DNA of 64,000 nt, from NCBI GenBank assembly GCA_951406725.2, contig OX597830.1:9424001-9488000 (forward strand). Reading direction: 5' to 3'. This DNA is from Octopus vulgaris. Its lineage: Eukaryota. The notes under the pieces were generated by a model. The model was not told where the DNA came from and did no database searches. It saw nothing but the letters and a program-made list of their open reading frames with translations. Both the position numbers and the translations under genes were made by a program. Positions 54,921 through 64,000 of this stretch are shown piece by piece. Numbering within the stretch: the first letter of the stretch is position 1; every line of letters starts with the position of its first letter.

Positions 54921-55450
54921 AGAATATACATACAAATGTAGTCACTCACCTACAAAAACAGATGGGGTTGTCACGATTGGCCTGGAGTTCAGCCATTACA
55001 CCGACAGCATTACCTCCCACACAACCACCACAACAACAACCGTCTCCACACAACAACTACCACACCAACAACAACAACCATCACCACCAGTACAACCACC
55101 ACACCCACCACCACTACAACAACCACCACCACAACCACCACCACACCCACCACCACCACCGCCACAACAACAACAACCACCACTAAAACTACAAACACCA
55201 CTACAACAACCACCACTACAACAACCACCACCACTATAAATCCCAGCTTCCTTGTTAGAGACATTGTACAACTGGAAGGAATGATCTCGCCATGAAGTCT
55301 TATCGCTGGACTCTAGTAAGATCCCTCTCACTGTTACAGTGTTCTTACTGGGACTGGCCTAGGGCTAAACAACAAAAACAGCAAAAACAACAACATACAC
55401 CACCAGATAGGCACATAGATTATGCACAAACATGCATATATATATATGCG

Positions 55451-55586
<136 letters not shown>

Positions 55587-55590
55587 TATG

Positions 55591-55649
<59 letters not shown>

Positions 55650-55891
55650 ATGGGTATGCATGTGTGTTTGAGTGTGTGCGTGTATGTGTGTGTATGCGTG
55701 TGTAAGTGTGTGCGTATGTGCGTGTGTGTAATGTAGGTTTAAAATAAATAGTGATAACGATTCTCATGGGTCGGGGCTAAACATGATCGGTAAACACGCA
55801 TCATGTATGAGCTGACGCACACACATATAAACAAGCATATATAAGCACACACATATTCATACATACATACATACATACATACATACATACA

Positions 55892-55959
<68 letters not shown>

Positions 55960-57443
55960 CATATATTTATATATATATATATATATATACGCACACACAT
56001 TCAGCTACACACATCCCTATATACATACACACGCACACACACACATATATATATAGGTGTGTGTGTGTAAATATATATATATCCACAGGAGTGTGTATAA
56101 ATAAACAAATGATCTGAATACGTGCGTTGAACTCAAGTCTTAATAAAGACAATCCCAAATATGTGTTTATATACAAATGTATTTTCCAACTGCCCGCATG
56201 CTCACACTAACACCTACCTTCACATGTATGAGTGTATGTATGTACGTATGTATGTATGTACGTATGTATGTGTGTATGTGCGTGTGTGTCTGTGTGCTTG
56301 TATTAGTAATTTTAACACATGTTTATTAGCAATCGTAAACTAGCATCAATAAGCTTATACATTCACACGTATTTATAAACACTACATTTATAAACACCTA
56401 TATTACTAGCAAACATCACACGAACATACGTAGAGTAGGAAATACGAGTAGCCACACAAGGAAAACATGGAGGTTGTTGAATCAAACACATCGCGTAGCA
56501 AACACATCGGAAACATACACACATACATACATACATAATACATACATACATACATACATACATAATACATACATACATACATACATACATACATACATAC
56601 ATACATACATACATACATACATACATAAATTGAAGTCCCTTACATGTTTCAATGTTGACTTGGTGAGTGAGAATAATCAGCTGAGAAAAAAATAGGCAAT
56701 TGCTTAAAGTCTTCTCAGCGATCTCAGAACGATTGGCTCTTGTTTTTCTTCTTTATTTATTCCGGTGACAAACATGAGATTTGAACTCGAACCCTTATCG
56801 AGTCAGTTCCGATACCACAAAGCACAATACGAGGCTTTAACGTCCTGCCAGTCCACTGTACATATCTTAAACTTTAATATCGATCCTTAAAGAACGCAAA
56901 AGCTCACTTGACCACGGCAAGCTTTGAACTCAGTCCACAAAATTCTGATTAAATACAGGAGAACATACCTGATGCTTTAAAGAATCTGCCAGTTCAATGC
57001 CCAGAGAATTTGGTACATCTTGGAAAACATTTATAAAAATGCTGATATTTATAGATCCTCGCATTATAATTATCTCGAACGTGCGCATGTCCATCCTTAA
57101 AGGTAATTTAACAATTACTCTACATTAATAGCTGTGTACCACTCCAATTATGTCTATTACAATATTACATACAAGACGATAGTCATTTTATCTGGGTACC
57201 ATATTGTTTTTAGTTCAACAGGTCTGTCTAAAAATGTTCTTAGCTTCTCATCGCGCTTCTACACACTGTTGTTGTACTTTGAAGTTGCTATTTCGATAAA
57301 AATATATGCTATTGTTGTGTTTGTCATACGAAATAATGTGAGGCTTATCAAGTTTTATCTGGTAGTCTGCCTTGTATGCTGTAGTGAATGGTGTCGTGGC
57401 ATTGTCTTTAATATCAACAATAATAGTGATTTTAATAATAATA

Positions 57444-57511
<68 letters not shown>

Positions 57512-57676
57512 TAATCTATTAAATCTGAGCAACGGAGGTAGGGGAAAATGCAAATAGAAAGTTGCGTTTCGTTTGTGCAAGGAAAACATGCGATGAAAAT
57601 ACGAACAAGGAAATGATGATAATAAATGATGATGATGATGATGGTGATAAAGATAATGATAAAAATATTGATAATG

Positions 57677-57752
<76 letters not shown>

Positions 57753-58194
57753 TACTATTTCAATGTTTTTCCACATAACTTCATTTCATTTTGAAAATGA
57801 ACAATCCAGTGTGTTTGGTTTAATGACCTATCAATGTATTCAATGAGTTTCTTTGCCCTAGGTGTCGGGAAGATACTCGGCAAGAAATGAGAACGGAATT
57901 GAAAAGAAGAGAAACTCATAGTGATAATTATGATATAAATAATGATGATTTTTTGTTTCAGGTACAAAGCCAACAATTTTGAAAGGAAGCGGTTAGCTGA
58001 TACCTGGAACCCAATACAGGGCTGGTACTTTATTTTATTGACTCCGGGGCGGGATGGAATACAATGTTGACCTTGCAGTGATTTGAACTCGAAACGTAAA
58101 TATCCAAAAAGAACAACAACAATAACAAAAATAGTAATAACAGCAATAACATCGTTATTATCATCTTCATCATCATCATCAAGAACACCAATGA

Positions 58195-58230
<36 letters not shown>

Positions 58231-58268
58231 CATTATCATCATTATTATTATTATTATTATTATCATCA

Positions 58269-58320
<52 letters not shown>

Positions 58321-58478
58321 CATTATCATTAAAAGCGTCATCATCATCATCATCATTGACCTTTCTGCAATATTTTTTGCACAAAAATATAAACGAAAAA
58401 ATTATCCCCCCCACCAAACAACAATAACAAAACCACAAATCTCTGAAGAGACTGAAAAGAAGCAGACAAACACCATCA

Positions 58479-58516
58479 AGCAATTCAGCAATTCAGCAAT
58501 TCAGCAATTCAGCAAT
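58479..58516. repeat. (AGCAATTC)x4.75 octamer tandem
   Basis: TCAGCAAT at 58485, 58493, 58501 and 58509. Confidence 0.9.
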
Positions 58517-59039
58517 CAAACAACATAGAAGTTGTCAAATCATATTAATGAAAACATACAAGCTAATTAATGAAGCTTTATCTAATAAACAACATCCATG
58601 AACATCCATAAATAAGAGTCAGAATGTGTATCATCAACTAGCAGTCACGTGATATGTTGTCTGTTATGATTGGCTGATCCTTGACTAAGGAACAACCAAT
58701 AAATTTAACAGCATATTGTTTTATTTTGTCTTGTTTCGCGTGTTATTTGGTATTTATGTTTGTTTGTTTTTTATGCAATATTTTGTTATTAATTAGTATT
58801 GAAGTCGTTTGCAATTGGACGAAATCAACCACTGCCATCACACTGCCACTACATAAACACCACAATAGTAAACAAGCAAACACAAGTTGGACCTCTTACA
58901 TCCGGAAACCTTGGGACCCGGTGATACCCCGATCAGGACAAATGCCGGAAAACAGAAACTGACCCTTGACGGGAACCCCTTTCTGCACATAGTCTTGCCA
59001 CCACCCCATCCCACTTATACATACATATACATACATACC

Positions 59040-59097
<58 letters not shown>

Positions 59098-59651
59098 ATG
59101 TATATGTATATTGATTTCTGATGAAAACTAAAACGAGGCTTAAACAAGAAACAATACAACTTGAATTGGTTCGAAACACTTTTTTGCTTGTATTTTAAAA
59201 AATTTTTTTTTTTTTTGCTTTGGTTATATAAATTATGAAACGCAAAATTAATAAATGTGCCGGATCTTGGGAGATGTCGGACCAAGGATAGAAGGATTTA
59301 AGGCGTGCAACGTGTACTAACAATGCTACTACTGCAAGGAAACAACAAATAAGAGTAACAACAATAACAATTGAAACTGTAATAAAAATACCTGTGACAA
59401 TGTTATATAAAAACATATTGCAATAATGACGACTATAACAATAACAAGAACACCAATAACATATCAAAAACATCGATATATATATATGTATACGTACATA
59501 TATATATATTTATATACATACAAATATATATATGTACATATGTACATATATATATATATATGCATATATGTATATGCATATATATATATGAGTTTATATA
59601 TAAATTCACAAACACACCTATATACATACACACGCACACACACACACACAG

Positions 59652-59682
<31 letters not shown>

Positions 59683-59890
59683 CATACACACTCATACACA
59701 GACACACACGTATGTATGTAGATACACACACACATACGCACACATATATATATACACACATACACACATATATATACATAAACACACATATATGCATGCA
59801 CACACATACACACACACATATAAGAGACTCAGCAACAGCAGGACAGTAAGAAAGTAAAGATAACAATGACAACAGGAATAGAATAAAATG

Positions 59891-59954
<64 letters not shown>

Positions 59955-60684
59955 GTACAATATTAATCGGAGGAACATCGCATACACACACACGCACACA
60001 CACACCCACACACATACACAGACGCACAGACGCTTGCGCGCACGCACAACACTAACAATTGAATGCCCAGCTAACACAACAACATGTCAAGAGTAATAAC
60101 AACACAACGAAAACCACGTGACAACGACAACAAACAAAACAACAACAACAACAAAACGAACTGAAGAATTCGTTTTATTTTAGAAATGTGTCTAGAAAAT
60201 CGATCGTTCTTCAAATTGTTTTATTGTCCTTTATAAGTCATTAATAAAAAAAAAATTGAAATGTTGAATAAATATATAAAAAAAAAATCTATGAATATAA
60301 ATCTATATATTTTTAATCAATATTATCATCCTTACCATTATTAAAAATACTTTTATAATCCTTCGATTCTTTTTCGATGTTTTATTTTAATTTTTGTTAT
60401 CTTCTCTTGTCTTTCGTTTCGTTTGTTCAATTTCGCATTTTTTAGTTGTTCGTTCCGCTTTATTATAATTATTTTGTGGTGATCTTGTTGTGTTTTTCGT
60501 TTTAGATTTAAATAACTTTTATTCTTGTTTTGTTCTGAATTCTACAGAATCAGACGAACATCTAGTTGTCATAAAACCGCAGTAATTATCTTATGTAGGT
60601 AATTATTATTTTTTTTTTATTTTAAACAATTTTCACTGACAATTTGATATTCTATTTTATATACTTCGAACATTATGATTTAAT

Positions 60685-60714
60685 TTCCGGAAGTAATCGA
60701 AATCAAAATGGCGG
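60685..60714 (+). promoter_or_regulatory. Candidate housekeeping-type promoter/TSS (ETS + YY1 motifs)
   Basis: CCGGAAGT at 60687 and CAAAATGGCGG at 60704, about 10 bp apart, in otherwise very AT-rich non-repeat DNA. Confidence 0.35.
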
Positions 60715-61239
60715 AATTCAGAGTTCGGCAAATCGATAATTTGATACAATGTAGATAAGTCAATACACACACGTATGTCTGCAGCCTGGTTTCAAGTCCT
60801 GATTGACACTGAGGCATCTGGATAACTCTGAAAGCCACTACTTCATATTCCCCCTTTTCTCTGAATTTCTGAGAATGGAAAATAGCCTATAATAGGAAAC
60901 GCAATGTAAGTACCAGTTTAGTACTGAGTCGATGTAACAGTTATTCTCCCCTCCTGGAATTCATTGCCTTGTGCCAAATTTTGAAACCATTATTAGTATT
61001 TAAAAAAATCGTTATTGTTCCGGAAAAAATGCTTCGCGGAGTTTATTCCGACTTTACGTTCTGATTTCAAATTCTACCGAGGCTAACTTTGCCTTCCACC
61101 CTTTCGAGATCGATAAAATAAATACCAGTTTAGACTGGGGTCGATGTAATCGACTTACCCTCTCTCCCGAAACCATTATTAGTAGAGAGTATAGAAAACA
61201 TTTAGAAAAAATAAGATTTCACAAAATGGATGTAAGCGG

Positions 61240-61397
61240 AGACATGGATTTTTTGTTAGGAAGTTCGCTTCTTCACCACCTGGTTTTAAGTCGAGACCCA
61301 CTGTGTGACACCTGGGAAAGTGGTTTCTCCTATCGCACCGGGCCGATCAATACCTAGTAATTAGACTTATAAAGAGGAAACTGAGCGTAAGTTTGTC

Positions 61398-61435
<38 letters not shown>

Positions 61436-61650
61436 TTTGTGTGTGTAGTGGTATGCGGTTGCTCCTCACCACTTTGCCACGTTGTTGGCTTGTTTACATA
61501 AGCTTAACATTGTCGTTCAGCAATTAAGTGACCGATAGAAAAAATACCAAACATAAAAATATATATCCTAGGAGCGATTTTATCGACTATACCTACCTCA
61601 AGGTTGTGCCCCAGCATTGCCGAAATCTAATGACTGAAACGAGTAAAAAA
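61240..61650 (+). mobile_element. Old degenerate SINE family C copy
   Basis: Same bipartite layout around (TA)n; ends GGTTGTGCCCCAGCATTGCCG...TGACTGAAAC. Confidence 0.6.
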
Positions 61651-62649
61651 CCAACAGAATGGATGCTGTCTTTATATACAGATACAAGAGACATCCTGTC
61701 AATGGAGGTGTACAAGAATATTTTAACAGAACAAAAATTTGATTCCTATAATGAAGAGTGGTTGAAATTGTGTAGCAATCAATGTTAGTCTAAAAACAAT
61801 TAGAGATGGAATCGAAAGCAGTTCGTGGATTTACTAGAAGTCCCATGTTATTCTCTGCTGCGAATCTGAATTAGTGATAACAAAAACAGCAGCTACAAGG
61901 ACTGTGGGGACAAGTATGAGACAGGTTATTCAGCGTCGCATGATATACTGGAAATAGTAGCGAAATCTCTCTAAAATATCACATGGATGTCATAAAAAGC
62001 AGGAACATATTGTATGATATAGTGTAAGATATACAAATAGACTAGGTGGTCACGACTGGAAAGACTTTTGATCGAAATTCTTGTCGACCGCGATTGAAAA
62101 GAATTTAAAACATGACATGGTTGCACGTAATGTCGATTAAAGGAAAGCGGGTGATAAATTTTCGGAAATCTATGTCTATGCAGCAGTTTCAATTCTTAGT
62201 TGATTACACGACTAATACACGCGAGAAAAGCATGAACATCTCAACTTCTCAATCAATTTTCACCTAAATTACAGGCCGCTTGCATTTAGCTCAACCAGAT
62301 AGAAACATTTTGTCCATTTCACAAGAAGTAATACTCAAACATGAAAAGCAATTTCTTTACAAATATTCGGCCATTTTGTTGGTTGAATTTTTGATCAGTT
62401 AGTTCTGGCTATTGGCGAGACAGAACGGACAGTAAATACAATTCTTCTTGTTGGTGCCAACGAACACATTTGCATGTTTACCGTATTCTGAGCCAAATTC
62501 TTATGCAATAATTGAAATGATTATTGATGTTCTCACTTGCTTACAGCAATTTCTCTAAAACAGCGTAAGAACTTCAAAGTACCAAAAGCCAGTGAATACA
62601 AAGTTTGAAATTTAGTATTTCCATCCGAGATTCCATACAAGAATACAAA

Positions 62650-64000
62650 TGCAGTGAGCTGGCAGAATCGTTAGCATCTCGAATAAAATGTTTTTCGACA
62701 TTTGTTCTGGTGTTGTCCTGAGTTCAAATTCCACCGTGGTCGAGTTTGTTTCTTCATGATTCCAGGATCAGTAAAGTAACTGCAAGTTGAGTACAGTGGT
62801 CACGGTAATCGATTTGACCCTTCACAGAAATTTCTGGCCATATGCCAAAATTTGAAGTCGTTATAATTAATAAGAATAAAGCGAGCTGCCAGAATCGTTA
62901 CAATACTGGACAAAATGCTAGGCGGCATTCCGTCCCTCTTTACGTTCTGAGTTCAAATTCCGCCGAAGCCGACTTTGCTTTCATTCTTTTGGGTCGATAA
63001 AATATGTACCAGTTGAATACTGGGGTTGATGTAGTCTTATATATATATATATATGTACGACGGGCTTCTTTGAGTTTCCGTCTACGAAATCCGCTCACAA
63101 AGCTTTGATCAGTCTGGAGATGTAGTAGAAGATACTTGCCCAAGATGCCACGCAGTGGGAGTGAAAGACGGTCGGAATACCGCTAAATATTGTCCATCGT
63201 GCCAGATCACCGCCTTAAGTGAGGATAATTATTGGTTTTCAATTTTTGGAACAAGGCCAGCAATTTCGGGAGAGGGTGTTAATCGATTAAATCGCCCCCA
63301 GTGGTCATCTGGTACTTATTTTATCAAATCCAAAACGATGAACGATAAAGTCGACCATCGCAGAAAGTGAACTCTGAAAGTAATGACGGACGAAATGCCG
63401 CTAAGCTTTGTCCGCTGTGCCATCGGTTCTACCAGCTCGCAGCCTTAAGTGGAGATGAATATTCTTTTCTTTTCTACTCTAGGCACAAGGCTGGAATCTT
63501 TGGGAGAAGGGGCCAGTCGGTTAGATCGACCCCAGTACGCAACTAGCACTTAAGTTATCGACCTTGAAAGGATGAATTTGAACACAAAGCGTAACGGCAG
63601 ACGGAATAACGCTAAGCATTTCACCCAGTGTGCTCATGTTTCTGCCAACTGTCGATAGATATTACAATATATAATATTCTCTTCAACTCTAGGTACAATG
63701 CCCGAAATTTCTGGGGAGGGGGCTAGTCAATTAGATCGACCCCAGTACGCAACTGGTACATAATTTATCGATTACGAAAACATGAAAGGCAAAGTCAACC
63801 TAGGCGGTGTTTTAACTCAGAACGTAATAGCAGACGAAATACCTATTTCTTTACTGCCCACAAGGGGTTACACACAGAGGGGACAAACAAGGACAGACAA
63901 ACGGATTAAGTCGATTATATCGACCCGAGTGCGTAACTGGTACTTAATTTATCGACCCCGAAAGGATGAAAGGCAAAGCCGACCTCGACGGAATTTGAAC
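62650..64000. mobile_element. Cluster of SINE family B copies (two +, about four -) with a family C fragment at 63050-63160
   Basis: Plus-strand heads at ~62655 and ~62880; minus-strand copies at ~63235-63445, 63470-63650, 63685-63840 and 63845-64000. Confidence 0.8.

Noticed and set aside
54868-55331. Pro/Gln-rich and Cys/Gly-rich keratin-associated-like ORFs
   Set aside because: Degenerate (CAC/CAA)n repeat; the + strand ORF starts inside a SINE tail.

Overview
Eukaryotic, AT-rich, extremely microsatellite-rich genomic DNA. The SINE families and the (CA)/(TA)/(ATT)/(TCTA) repeat landscape look like an octopod cephalopod (Octopus-like); this is inferred from repeat style, not from a database hit. 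Only one protein-coding region is convincing: a large-Maf bZIP transcription factor (traffic jam/MAFB-like) with an uninterrupted CDS at 30173-30970 (+). The rest is repeats: at least four tRNA-derived SINE families with exchangeable head and tail modules, two decayed mariner transposons with TIRs, a Tc1/pogo-type MITE, LINE and Penelope-like relics, and several fold-back inverted repeats. Nearly all ORFs in the supplied track are microsatellite artefacts. Most notable observations: (1) an exact PKKKRKV (SV40-type NLS) followed by TGA, in frame just upstream of the Maf ATG and behind a candidate splice acceptor; (2) several families of minimal hammerhead-ribozyme motifs, three clustered within 500 bp; (3) a perfect 68-bp-arm hairpin carrying G-quadruplex motifs; (4) a diverged ~42-bp-period array; (5) a MITE whose interior is a SINE fragment. 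Repeat boundaries were read by eye and are approximate.
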